From a virus, in IMG/VR virus record IMGVR_UViG_3300021519_000916, positions 32,001 through 96,000 of that record: DNA of 64,000 nucleotides; one strand, written 5' to 3'. Within the stretch, counting starts at the first letter, position 1. Every line of letters begins with the position of its first letter. Below are positions 1-9,393 of this stretch, one piece after another. The translations under genes were made by a program, and so were the position numbers. The notes beneath the pieces are model-generated. The model made no database searches, was not told the DNA's origin, and saw only the letters and a list, made by a program, of their open reading frames with translations.

Positions 1-1
1 G

Positions 2-340
2 ATTGAAGGTGCAGTTGAAACAAATACGACAAGTGTGCTTGGCATTACTGGAACTCGTAGTGTCAAAGGTTTCCCTACATTGGCCAGCCAAGGCATCAAG
101 GGATTTGAAAACGCCAGTACCAATACTGTCATTGTTGCCAGTGCCGAAATGCCTGCGGAAAAAGTTCGAGAATTATACGAACTGCTACGTGTAGCAAATC
201 GAGCACCGGATGTACAAGCTGGCTATGCTAGAGAGTATTCGACTCCGGCAGACTTTACATGGCCTCAAACAGTTAGTTGGTTTAATCAGCAAGTTAAGTT
301 TTGGCGCGAACAGGCCGCAAAAGTTAAGCCACTACAATAA
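2..340 (+). CDS. Bug/TctC-family solute-binding protein, C-terminal part (5' truncated by window edge)
   Basis: Frame open from base 2; LGITG...FPTLASQG matches the C-terminal half of the Bug paralog at 7159-8064 (LGTTG...YPSLASQG). Confidence 0.75.
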   Translation: MEGAVETNTTSVLGITGTRSVKGFPTLASQGIKGFENASTNTVIVASAEMPAEKVRELYELLRVANRAPDVQAGYAREYSTPADFTWPQTVSWFNQQVKFWREQAAKVKPLQ

Positions 341-1479
341 TGAATAAGAAACTCGGTTACTACGTATGTGATGGTCAAGAATTTAATTCTAAGATCAATT
401 GTGCAATACATGCCACACAAGCAAATAAACCCATGTCTTGGGTTTTTAACAATGACGTCTTTTCTAATTACGATTTTAGTAAAGATCCAGAAGAAACATT
501 AGATGCTCTGTACGATCGCCGTGCTAGAGAAATTAGAGAAAAATACGATTATGTTGTGTTAAGCTACTCTGGGGGTTCCGACAGTCATAATATCTTAATG
601 TCATTTTATCGACAAGGATTACACATTGACGAAGTAATCAGTAACTGGGTATTTGAAGCTAGTAAAAAATTTACTATCATTGATTCTTTAGTTAACGATG
701 CATGGAATCAAAACGCCGAGTACGAGCTACATACCAAAGAACGCCTGCAATGGATCTATGATCATATGCCCACGACCAAGGTCACATTATACGATTGTGG
801 TAAACAAATTTATACGTATTTTAATAAGGCCAAAGACCCAACGTGGGTAACCGATCATGTTGAACCCTTGAACCCTGCGGCCACACAACGTTATAATCCG
901 TTACAAATTAAAGATATTCGTTTGCGTATAGACAAACAACATTCAATTGGATTTATAGTGGGTGTTGATAAACCCCTGAGTCTTATTGTTGACAACAAGA
1001 TGTATCTGCGTTTGCGGGATAAAACTGCAAACATTATTCCCAGCAGTATCTACACCAGCGAATACGATAACACCACGGTTGAGTACTTTTATTGGGCGCC
1101 TGAATCATGCGCTATGTTGGCCAAACAAGGACATACTATGCTCAAGCATTTGAACACCAATAAACAATACCAGTTGATTTGGAAACCTAGCCAGGTTGAA
1201 AACTTTAGAGCCGCACAAGAAACTCTGATGAGAAGTATAGTTTATACCACATGGGATGAGCAAAACTCATTTCAAACAAAGAAACCGACTAACGATTGGT
1301 ACAGTGAACTAGACTATTGGTTTACTGAACAATTCAGGAATACCCCCGCTGGCCGCAATTGGCAAGCAGGGGTAGACTATTTAGAAAATTCTGTTGATAA
1401 ATCTTTACAACTTACAACTGGAAAGAAGGGCTTGAAGGTTTTCTTCTCACCCCTTTACTATGTTGGCGATGTTGTTTAG
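340..1479 (+). CDS. PP-loop (adenine nucleotide alpha-hydrolase superfamily) enzyme
   Basis: LSYSGGSDS PP-loop motif; GVDKP and EYFYW motifs shared with paralogs at 8074 and 9393; TAATG coupling to the upstream Bug gene. Confidence 0.75.
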   Translation: MNKKLGYYVCDGQEFNSKINCAIHATQANKPMSWVFNNDVFSNYDFSKDPEETLDALYDRRAREIREKYDYVVLSYSGGSDSHNILMSFYRQGLHIDEVISNWVFEASKKFTIIDSLVNDAWNQNAEYELHTKERLQWIYDHMPTTKVTLYDCGKQIYTYFNKAKDPTWVTDHVEPLNPAATQRYNPLQIKDIRLRIDKQHSIGFIVGVDKPLSLIVDNKMYLRLRDKTANIIPSSIYTSEYDNTTVEYFYWAPESCAMLAKQGHTMLKHLNTNKQYQLIWKPSQVENFRAAQETLMRSIVYTTWDEQNSFQTKKPTNDWYSELDYWFTEQFRNTPAGRNWQAGVDYLENSVDKSLQLTTGKKGLKVFFSPLYYVGDVV

Positions 1480-2501
1480 TCTTTACGACGTTCAATAATA
1501 CGTTTTACTAAGTTTATATCGATACCCATGACTTCAACATGGCGATAGCTTAGTTTTGCTCGCTTCCGTAACAACACCTGGTCTTCTTCAGACAAGTCAA
1601 TGATTGTAACACCATTGGCTACAGCATCGCGTTCGTATTTTTCAGCATCTGCAACAGACCACTCACGTTCGATCTTAGCTACACGCTTTGCGGCAACCAT
1701 AAATGCATTACGTTGTTCTTCTGTTAAACTATCTAAGAACTTAGTACCAGTTAAGATAGTTGTCATGAAAATACTGTGATTTGTTTTTAATACGTGCTTA
1801 CCAGTAAAGCGAATGTATGTAGTTTCAATAGCCATGCCGTCATCTACACCTTCAGCTAAACTAGCGTTAGCAACTTCAGAGCGACGTAGGATTGGAGTTC
1901 CAAAACCATCGCCAAACAATACTTCGCTTGGACGATTAGCAACGATCAGATCTGTTTGTGCTAAATCACTAAGATTGCTTAGACCATTTGTGCTACCGAT
2001 AATGCGATAACCACCGGAGTAAGTAAATGCTAAACCACGAATCTTTTCATTTTCTAGGCCTTTGCATAGCTCGTCACCAATTTCGCCATCTAGTACACGA
2101 CTAACGTGATCGTGACTGTCAAACAAGAATGGTAAGTCTAATGCGGCAAAGTCTTTGTTCTTTAATTGTTCGGCAACTGTGAATACTTGAGTTTGGCTCA
2201 TTTCAAAATCGCCGGCACGTAACGCATCAAAGAATGTTGTCCATTTTTGTTGCATATCTCTAATGTGGCCAACGGTATGTTCACTAGTACTATCTTCTAG
2301 ACCAGGAATGCTTGGCTTTCTAAGACGCAGAGCTTCCGATTTTTGGTATTGATCAACGTATGAATCAATAGTGTGAATTTCAAGTTCAAATTGTCCCGGG
2401 CACAAAGTTTCTAGTTCGCGGCCAAATGCTTCGGCAGTTCTTTGAAATAGGTGTACCGGAAAGTGTGCAATTAACCAACGTATTTTTCTACGGTCAGACA
2501 T
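1476..2501 (-). CDS. DctP-like TRAP solute-binding protein without signal peptide
   Basis: LDLPFLF, GLAFTYSGGYR and SLTEEQR motifs of the DctP fold; start set at ATG 2501, which has an AGGAG SD. Confidence 0.75.
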   Translation of the reverse strand: MSDRRKIRWLIAHFPVHLFQRTAEAFGRELETLCPGQFELEIHTIDSYVDQYQKSEALRLRKPSIPGLEDSTSEHTVGHIRDMQQKWTTFFDALRAGDFEMSQTQVFTVAEQLKNKDFAALDLPFLFDSHDHVSRVLDGEIGDELCKGLENEKIRGLAFTYSGGYRIIGSTNGLSNLSDLAQTDLIVANRPSEVLFGDGFGTPILRRSEVANASLAEGVDDGMAIETTYIRFTGKHVLKTNHSIFMTTILTGTKFLDSLTEEQRNAFMVAAKRVAKIEREWSVADAEKYERDAVANGVTIIDLSEEDQVLLRKRAKLSYRHVEVMGIDINLVKRIIERRKD

Positions 2502-2529
2502 ATTTGTATCTCCTGAGGATTTAAACATA

Positions 2530-2536
2530 TATTTAT
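2530..2536 (-). promoter_or_regulatory. Putative late promoter (ATAAATA)
   Basis: TAAATA box about 30 nt upstream of the dctP-like start; the motif recurs before many genes. Confidence 0.55.
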
Positions 2537-2566
2537 GCTTGACCGTAGTCAAATGCCAAAAATACC

Positions 2567-3325
2567 TTAAACTTCCTTGTATATTTTAAGAATTTCAAGT
2601 ACAGCTGGATGTCGTTGTATGTCCTTGTTGGCAAATTCAACTCCCGACACAAACTTACATTCACGATACTCATCTACTAAACGTGTAAAATCTAACAAAC
2701 CGTTATCAGCTTCTTTTCGGTCTGCTTGGCGAGTGTCTCCTGTGATAATCATCTTAGACGCTTCACCCAATCGTGTGAGTAACATTTTCATTTGACTTGG
2801 TGTTGCGTTTTGCATCTCATCTGCAATAATCCAAGATTTCTTAAATGTTCTGCCCCTCATATATGCCAGTGGAGAAATCTCAATTGTTTGATCATCTAGC
2901 ATTTTTACGATTTCGCTTTGTCTATAATACTCCCCAATGACGTCAAATATTGGTCTAGTCCATGGTGCCATTTTTTCATTTAGCGTACCCGGTAAGAAAC
3001 CGTGTTGTTCATCATCTACCCCAACTGCTGGTCTAGTTATAACTATACGTTCGACTTCTCCGGATCTGTAGGCTTTCAAGGCCGCAAGGACCGCAAGCAT
3101 AGTTTTACCCGTACCTGCTGGACCTGTGGCAAATATAATTAGCCGTTTAGGATCAGTTAGTTGATCGATGTATTTTTCTTGTGTTAGACTTTTTGGGAGA
3201 AGAGAAATTGGACGTTGCTGTTGTTGCTGTGGTTTTCGATATAAGTCCAATCTTACTGCGTTGTTACTAGTGAAGTTACTGTTGATTGTTAGAGCATCTG
3301 CTCTACGTTGTTGCCGTTTGGACAA
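2567..3325 (-). CDS. phoH: PhoH-family ATPase
   Basis: GPAGTGKT Walker A, GFLPG, LAYMRGRT, DEMQN, GDTRQAD, RHP; TTG start with AGGAGG SD. Confidence 0.95.
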   Translation of the reverse strand: MSKRQQRRADALTINSNFTSNNAVRLDLYRKPQQQQQRPISLLPKSLTQEKYIDQLTDPKRLIIFATGPAGTGKTMLAVLAALKAYRSGEVERIVITRPAVGVDDEQHGFLPGTLNEKMAPWTRPIFDVIGEYYRQSEIVKMLDDQTIEISPLAYMRGRTFKKSWIIADEMQNATPSQMKMLLTRLGEASKMIITGDTRQADRKEADNGLLDFTRLVDEYRECKFVSGVEFANKDIQRHPAVLEILKIYKEV

Positions 3326-3372
3326 GTGTGCCTCCTGTTAGTAGATTTGTAGATCAATTTTACCTACACAAA

Positions 3373-3379
3373 TATTTAG
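3373..3379 (-). promoter_or_regulatory. Putative late promoter (CTAAATA) for phoH
   Basis: TAAATA box in the intergenic region upstream of phoH. Confidence 0.5.
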
Positions 3380-3436
3380 GCGCAAACTTGTTTATTTTAT
3401 ACGACCTGTTTATGGTCGAAAAACCAACATAAATAA

Positions 3437-4171
3437 TTAACTATGAGTGAGACACTGGTACGCAAAGTACAGACGCTCGTTGGTATCCTTCTTAAACTCC
3501 AATAGTTTCAAATTATACTTTTCAGCAAACTCGTTTACTATTTCAAATGTCCACGGAAAAATATCTACATACGGGCCAGTCTTGTGCGGAATACCAGGAT
3601 TGGCTCTTAGATAAAATTTCCCCCCGGGTGCAAGCAACTCTATGCAATGTGCAAATCTAGCTTCAATGTCATCTCGACTATTAAAGTTTATGGACCCCAA
3701 TGCAATAATGTGATCGTGTTTACGTGTCACTTTATAGTCAAGAATATCTACCATATAGTCAGCACAATTGTTATAGGGATCAATGCCTATTAGATTATCA
3801 ATTTTCCCTTTAAACGGATGATATCCGCAGCCAACATCCAACACGTTTTGTGGACCTTGTTTTTGAATTTCATCTGCTAGACCCCAACCAGTGTAGTCGT
3901 AATCCCCTGTGCGTGGTTTCCATATTTCACTAAAGAATCGATGAATGTATCTCTCACTTAAATCATCTACTACTTCTTTTAATGTACCTCGGTATTCACA
4001 GGGTAAACATAACTCAGCTTCAACAGCATCTTTAAACTTGCGATAACGTGCTGGTGTCCATGGCAGGTCCTCTACTATAGTATCTTCATTAATAGCAATA
4101 TGTTGATATTTTGGTAGGCTAAATGCACCATATAAATTTTGGGAGATTAAGTTAAAAATTTTAGTATTCAT
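3437..4171 (-). CDS. Class I SAM-dependent methyltransferase with an N-terminal ACP-like helical domain
   Basis: VLDVGCG, IGID and LAPGG motifs; the N-terminal ~75 aa resemble an acyl-carrier fold without the DSL serine. Confidence 0.8.
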   Translation of the reverse strand: MNTKIFNLISQNLYGAFSLPKYQHIAINEDTIVEDLPWTPARYRKFKDAVEAELCLPCEYRGTLKEVVDDLSERYIHRFFSEIWKPRTGDYDYTGWGLADEIQKQGPQNVLDVGCGYHPFKGKIDNLIGIDPYNNCADYMVDILDYKVTRKHDHIIALGSINFNSRDDIEARFAHCIELLAPGGKFYLRANPGIPHKTGPYVDIFPWTFEIVNEFAEKYNLKLLEFKKDTNERLYFAYQCLTHS

Positions 4172-4188
4172 TGATTTTTTTCTATTAG

Positions 4189-4252
4189 ATAAATAATTTT
4201 TACAGAAACATAAGAAATTTTTATGTCTGACTGTTTTTCTATAAGTATTTAA
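4189..4252. promoter_or_regulatory. Face-to-face late promoters: ATAAATA (+, 4189-4195) and TTAAATA (-, 4246-4252)
   Basis: TAAATA boxes on both strands between divergent genes, with an ACATAA/TTATGT inverted repeat between them. Confidence 0.45.
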
Positions 4253-4267
4253 TCAAAGGATAGCTCA

Positions 4268-5221
4268 ATGAAAAAATTAGTAGCCATATTACTACTTGTG
4301 CCACTGTTAGCATTTGCGTGGGAACCAAAAAAGCCAATAACTGTTATATTTCCAAATGGTCCCGGTGCCGGAAACGAAATTAGTTTTAGATTTGTGGCAA
4401 GTATAGTAGAAAAGAAAACTGGCAGTAGTTTTGTGTCAGAATATCGCCCAGGCGCCGATGGTAATGTTGCAATGAATCATTTTGCCACTGCGCCGGCTGA
4501 TGGATATACTGTTGCTGTTCCTGCTTGCCAAAGTAACTGGGTAACTGCAGAGGTTTGGTATAGCAATATATTAAAATATGATGCTCAAGAATTTGAGCCG
4601 GTTGCTAATATTGCACGTAGCCCTTTGGCATTTTGGGCAACCCCAAAAAGTAATATCAACAATCCAAGAGAACTGGTTGATGCTATTAAGAATAGCAACC
4701 GTCCAATCACATTTGCAATTGGTGGTGGCGGACATAGATTAGCGGTAGAATATCTGGCGGAACGTTTAGGTATCCCGAATAGCAGAATAACAGTGGTAAT
4801 GTATAAAGGTCCAGCACAAGCATTATTAGATGTTATGGGAGGACATGTAGAATTTGGTGTTACTCCAGTGGCAGTGGGGTGGCCCCAAGTGCAAGCCAAC
4901 AAACTAAAGTTAATTGGTATAGCCAACGAGCATCCACTTAAAGGATTAGAAAATGCTCCATTAATGAAAACTGTTGCTCCGGGTTTGTTTATACATGGAT
5001 GTTGGAACATAGTATTGCCAAAAGGTACACCAGCTGATGTACAAGCGTGGTATCGCGATCAATTTGTACCTGCTATTAGAAGTAATGAAGCCCAAGAAAA
5101 GTTTGTGGACAATATGATGTTTATTACACCAACAGAACATACCCCGGAAGGTGTCAGGGCAAGTATGGCCCGTTTGCGACAAGTATGGCAACCAATTGCT
5201 AAAAAGGTAAACCCAGAATGA
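4268..5221 (+). CDS. Bug/TctC tripartite tricarboxylate transporter substrate-binding protein
   Basis: Signal peptide MKKLVAILLLVPLLAFA; WEPKKPIT..P..PG, RPGADG, APADGYT, YKG..AL.DV.GGHV, PKGTP motifs. Confidence 0.92.
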   Translation: MKKLVAILLLVPLLAFAWEPKKPITVIFPNGPGAGNEISFRFVASIVEKKTGSSFVSEYRPGADGNVAMNHFATAPADGYTVAVPACQSNWVTAEVWYSNILKYDAQEFEPVANIARSPLAFWATPKSNINNPRELVDAIKNSNRPITFAIGGGGHRLAVEYLAERLGIPNSRITVVMYKGPAQALLDVMGGHVEFGVTPVAVGWPQVQANKLKLIGIANEHPLKGLENAPLMKTVAPGLFIHGCWNIVLPKGTPADVQAWYRDQFVPAIRSNEAQEKFVDNMMFITPTEHTPEGVRASMARLRQVWQPIAKKVNPE

Positions 5222-5820
5222 AATATATTTTTATAGCTGGTGCGCCCGGTTCAAAATGGTCCAGTGTAGCTCTTAATATCTATTATAGTCCAGATGTTGA
5301 CCGCAGTGATGCACAAGCCAATCGAAACTATAGTCGCAACGGCACAGTCATGCATGTGGGCGGTTACTTTGATCCTGGTATGGAATTTGGCGATTGGTTT
5401 GATCAGTTAGATAAACATACCCAAGAAGAATGTGAAGCAGAATTTGATCGGCCGTTTACAGGTGAGGGGGTGCGTATTATCAAGAGTCATATGTTTATGT
5501 ATCATATTGGGTTCCTAAAACAAAACTGGTCCGATGCCCCTATCATTATGGTACACCGGGGTGATGATGCTTCTTTAGGATGGTGGGTGCGGTCTGGTGG
5601 ATTTGACATCACTTACCCCGACTATCAACCCTACTATAAAGATTTAGACTTTATGTCAGAGGAAATCACAAGACAAAATGCGGCCATGCGTCCTCACTGG
5701 GATTTGGGAAGTTTTGTCTACAATAATCTTGAGCTGTGTGACCAAATTGGCATTGCCCTGCCCCCACCTGAATATAAGCAAAACTACGCCGATAATAAAA
5801 TAAGGGTAAAAGTATTATGA
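5218..5820 (+). CDS. P-loop fold protein, sulfotransferase/kinase-like
   Basis: FIAGAPGSKWSS P-loop-like start, IIKSH and MVHR motifs typical of sulfotransferase folds; ATGA overlap with the Bug gene. Confidence 0.5.
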   Translation: MKYIFIAGAPGSKWSSVALNIYYSPDVDRSDAQANRNYSRNGTVMHVGGYFDPGMEFGDWFDQLDKHTQEECEAEFDRPFTGEGVRIIKSHMFMYHIGFLKQNWSDAPIIMVHRGDDASLGWWVRSGGFDITYPDYQPYYKDLDFMSEEITRQNAAMRPHWDLGSFVYNNLELCDQIGIALPPPEYKQNYADNKIRVKVL

Positions 5821-5826
5821 CACAAG

Positions 5827-5833
5827 CTAAATA
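5827..5833 (+). promoter_or_regulatory. Putative late promoter (CTAAATA)
   Basis: TAAATA box followed by a GACG-ATATC-CGTC hairpin and an AAGGA SD. Confidence 0.55.
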
Positions 5834-5891
5834 ACTGTAGCACTTCGACGATATCCGTCACACACCCCAAAAAAACAATAAGGAATTCTAT

Positions 5892-6371
5892 ATGAAAACA
5901 ACAAAAATTCGCTGGGTAATCGCTCACGAACCGCTAGATCTTTTTATCCGTGCCGCTAAGGATTTCCAAGACTTTTTAAATGCCTCACAGTCGGCTGAAG
6001 AAATTGAAGTAGAAGTAATGACACTAAGTGAGTATTCTACAAAGTATAAAAACGGCGAAACAGTTACCAAGCACGATTTGCTAGACCTAATAGAGTCCGG
6101 TGAAATTGAAATGAGCCAAATGTACACAACCTGGCTGGCAGAAAACTTTAATCACGATATGTTAGCATTAGAAATGCCATTCCTATTTGAAAATCACGAA
6201 CATGCAACTCGTGTACTAGAAGGTGAAGTTGGCGAATATCTATTAGATAAAACAACTGAAAATTCAAATGTGCGCGGCCTAGCGTTTACATATTCGGGTG
6301 GTTTCCGTAATGTACTATCAAACAAAAAAGTTAATAATCTAAAAGGTCTAACTGGTGAAGATCAGAACTAA
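5892..6371 (+). CDS. DctP-like protein, N-terminal half (split gene)
   Basis: KIRWVIAHEP, LEMPFLF and GLAFTYSGGFR align with the intact paralog at 1476-2501. Confidence 0.7.
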   Translation: MKTTKIRWVIAHEPLDLFIRAAKDFQDFLNASQSAEEIEVEVMTLSEYSTKYKNGETVTKHDLLDLIESGEIEMSQMYTTWLAENFNHDMLALEMPFLFENHEHATRVLEGEVGEYLLDKTTENSNVRGLAFTYSGGFRNVLSNKKVNNLKGLTGEDQN

Positions 6372-6849
6372 TCGTAATCCTGTAGCACAAGAAACTTTTC
6401 GAGCACTAGGTGTGGAGTCGGAAGACATCCACATCTGTGAAATTGAAGATCTTGCTGAGCATATTAAGTCTGGCGAATGTGATGCCGGCGAAGGTGTATA
6501 CAGTCGTGTGTATCCGTTAAAACAAAATGAAGTTACCAAAAGCGTTATTGATAGTAAACATAGTTTGTTTCTTACCACCATGATTATTGGCAATACATTT
6601 TATGAAAAGTTAAGCCCGGAAGTACGTGCTATTATCAAAGAAGCGGCATTAGATGCTGGACGTAAAGAACGTTTAAAAACTATTGAAGATGGCGAGCAGG
6701 CCAAACAAAAATTGATCAACGAAGGTGTTAACATACACAATCTAACACCAGAAGAACTTGCCGAGTGGAAAGAAAAGACTCAAGTTGTTTACGACAAATT
6801 TGAACCTACCTTTACACCAGGATTAGTTGACAAAATCAAACGCAGTTAA
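6355..6849 (+). CDS. DctP-like protein, C-terminal half (split gene)
   Basis: KIR...FRALG, HSLF and KLSPEVR continue the DctP fold in the +1 frame; GTG start with AAGGT 7 nt upstream. Confidence 0.7.
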   Translation: MKIRTNRNPVAQETFRALGVESEDIHICEIEDLAEHIKSGECDAGEGVYSRVYPLKQNEVTKSVIDSKHSLFLTTMIIGNTFYEKLSPEVRAIIKEAALDAGRKERLKTIEDGEQAKQKLINEGVNIHNLTPEELAEWKEKTQVVYDKFEPTFTPGLVDKIKRS

Positions 6850-6861
6850 TTTTACCAAATG

Positions 6862-6902
6862 ATTGAGTAGGTATTTACATCCTACTCAATTTTCTGTATA
6901 AT
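6862..6902 (+). terminator. Terminator hairpin overlapping a sigma70 promoter
   Basis: ATTGAGTAGG/CCTACTCAAT stem plus T run; TTTACA (6874-79), 17 nt, TATAAT (6897-6902). Confidence 0.65.
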
Positions 6903-6925
6903 CTATAAATCAATTAGGAAATTTA

Positions 6926-7162
6926 ATGTTTAAAACTCAAATATCTGAGCGCATTCCGCGTTCTCTGGCAAAAGTCATAACATGGCGAATCTTGGTAACA
7001 ATTACAAACTTTCTCGGTGGATGGCTAGCCAGCGGCAATCCCTGGGTCGGCCTAGGTGTTGTTAGTTTTGCTCTGGTAGTAAACAGTATACTGTATTTCT
7101 TTCACGAACGTGCATGGAATCGCACAGACTGGGATAGATCAATCAATGAGGAATCAAGATGA
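6926..7162 (+). CDS. DUF2061-family small membrane protein
   Basis: RSLAKVITWR...YFFHERAW signature and two hydrophobic segments. Confidence 0.85.
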   Translation: MFKTQISERIPRSLAKVITWRILVTITNFLGGWLASGNPWVGLGVVSFALVVNSILYFFHERAWNRTDWDRSINEESR

Positions 7163-8064
7163 AAAAGATTTTAGCTACATTACTAATGGCTTTTGCACTC
7201 ACAGCACAGGCCAAAGAAACAATTACAATTATTTACGGGTTTAGTGCGTCTGATAACTCAGCAAACTATTCACGTAATTTAGCCAACGAAGCAAACAGCC
7301 AACAAACCAAGTATAAATTTTTATTTGATGTTAGGCCAGGCGGCGGTCAAGCAGTTGCAGTAAATCATGTAAAAAATACACGGAACACTATTTTTATGAC
7401 ATCCGGCGCATTTTGGTTACGTCCAGTTTTTTATCCTAACGAAAGTTGGGACGTTAACGAATGGCGCACGATCATGACACAATGTAGCGCACCATTTAGT
7501 GTGGCCAGCGTAAAATATAAGTCATGGAATGATGTACCAAAAAATCAACCATTGACTATCGCAACAAGTGGTATGGGTGTATTCAGCCATATCATTGCTT
7601 TACAAATTGTAGAACGATATCCAAACATGACTTTAATCCCATTTAAGTCCACGGTAGAAGGTATGTTGGCCGTTGTTAGTGGGCAAGTTGATTTTGCTGT
7701 TGGCTTCGTGGGCGATCAAGAAAATTGGACTCACGAAGAAACTAAGACTCGTTTAAATATTCTCGGAACCACTGGTAATGGTGCTGGAAAATATCCTAGT
7801 TTAGCAAGCCAAGGCTTTCCGCAGGTTCTAACTAAGTTAGATACACCATATAACTTAATGGTTCCAAAGTCGTTTGATGCAGGCAAGGCAAAAGAAATCC
7901 GCGATATACTTGCTAAGGCCGAAACAGCAACAAGTGTACGTAAAAGTTATGCATTAGATTTTTGTGCGCCTATATCTATTCCAGAGAATAAATTAAATGC
8001 TTGGTTTGACGAACAGAATAAAACTATACGCAATACCACAAAAGGGTTAACTATTACTCAATGA
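7159..8064 (+). CDS. Bug/TctC-family solute-binding protein (divergent)
   Basis: Signal peptide MKKILATLLMAFALTAQA; RPGGGQAVA and IPFKS...AVVSGQVD motifs. Confidence 0.8.
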   Translation: MKKILATLLMAFALTAQAKETITIIYGFSASDNSANYSRNLANEANSQQTKYKFLFDVRPGGGQAVAVNHVKNTRNTIFMTSGAFWLRPVFYPNESWDVNEWRTIMTQCSAPFSVASVKYKSWNDVPKNQPLTIATSGMGVFSHIIALQIVERYPNMTLIPFKSTVEGMLAVVSGQVDFAVGFVGDQENWTHEETKTRLNILGTTGNGAGKYPSLASQGFPQVLTKLDTPYNLMVPKSFDAGKAKEIRDILAKAETATSVRKSYALDFCAPISIPENKLNAWFDEQNKTIRNTTKGLTITQ

Positions 8065-8073
8065 TGCAAATTT

Positions 8074-9393
8074 ATGAATAAATTCGAACACACCACTGTT
8101 GCTGATGTGGCTCACGACTCAAATAAAAAGTTAGGTTATTATCTTTTTAATAATCAAATTTATTATAATAAAATGCAAGTGTTACTAGAAGCATCTAAAA
8201 CATCCAAAGACAACGTAAATAAATCACCAGAGGACGACATTAAATGGTTCTTCAATAATGACGTATTCATGAAATTCCCATGGCATGTGGAACCCGAAAC
8301 GCCACTTACTGAACTGTATCGTATACGGGCGCAACAACTCAGGGATCAATATGATTATATACGGGTTGAGGCATCAGGTGGGTCCGACAGTAGTACTGTA
8401 GTTTATAGCTTTTTACTTAACAACATTCACATAGATGAAATAGTATTTAGATATCCCAAGATTGGTGAGAAGGGAGTTTCTAATACTGCGCGATTTACCC
8501 AGTGTGAAAATACTCTAAGTGAATACGAATTTGCTACCAAACCAATGCTTAATTGGATTGCTACTAATTATCCTAAAGTTAAAATCACAATCTACGATTA
8601 TAGTGAAGACATGATTGCAAACGCAGATCGCGCCGACGAGTCATGGATATTTAAAACTAGACACTATTTACAGCCCGGACATGCATATAAAAATTCCTTA
8701 ACAGGCTTCACAGAACATCGAAGATTAGCAGACTCCGGTATCAACATTGGCGTCATATACGGCGTAGATAAACCCAAGATATGTATCAAAGATGGTAAGT
8801 TCTTTTTATATTTCTTTGACAGTTTAGCAAATTATAACAATCCAGATGTTGGCGATTATACAAATATAACCAATGAATATTTTTACTGGACTCCGGACAT
8901 GCCAGAGATACTTGCAAAACAAGCTCATATATGTAAGTATTGGTTTAGTATGCCGGAACATTATCAATTTCAAAAAACCCTGCATTGGCCTAATATGGAC
9001 TTTGCCGCTAGAAACTTATATGAGCAATTAGTCAAGGGAATTGTATATCCAGACTACGACCCAAATACATTCCAGGTTGCTAAACCCAGCAATAATATAT
9101 ACAACGAAATGGACCATTGGTTCCATGTCAACTTCAAAAATACCAAAGCATATAACGTATGGGAAGCCGGCATTAATCACCTACTAACTAACTTTCACGA
9201 GTCGTATATAAAAATGGACATACATGGTAGGGCATCAAATATTCAAGAATTTATGAGCCCGTTTTACTATGTTGGGGACAGTGACATTCCTGAGATTGGA
9301 GTAATAAAGAATAGAGAATTTATATCCAATAGTCGTTTACCAGTTTCTCAGAGACATGTGCATTTTATAAAAAACAAAATGGTAATTTATTAA
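8074..9393 (+). CDS. PP-loop (ANH superfamily) enzyme, tandem paralog 1
   Basis: EASGGSDS, GVDKP, EYFYW. Confidence 0.75.
   Translation: MNKFEHTTVADVAHDSNKKLGYYLFNNQIYYNKMQVLLEASKTSKDNVNKSPEDDIKWFFNNDVFMKFPWHVEPETPLTELYRIRAQQLRDQYDYIRVEASGGSDSSTVVYSFLLNNIHIDEIVFRYPKIGEKGVSNTARFTQCENTLSEYEFATKPMLNWIATNYPKVKITIYDYSEDMIANADRADESWIFKTRHYLQPGHAYKNSLTGFTEHRRLADSGINIGVIYGVDKPKICIKDGKFFLYFFDSLANYNNPDVGDYTNITNEYFYWTPDMPEILAKQAHICKYWFSMPEHYQFQKTLHWPNMDFAARNLYEQLVKGIVYPDYDPNTFQVAKPSNNIYNEMDHWFHVNFKNTKAYNVWEAGINHLLTNFHESYIKMDIHGRASNIQEFMSPFYYVGDSDIPEIGVIKNREFISNSRLPVSQRHVHFIKNKMVIY

Noticed and set aside
6321-6330. A-run as a -1 frameshift site joining the split dctP
   Set aside because: The shift needed is +1/-2, and the +1 frame has stops at 6340 and 6349, downstream of the run
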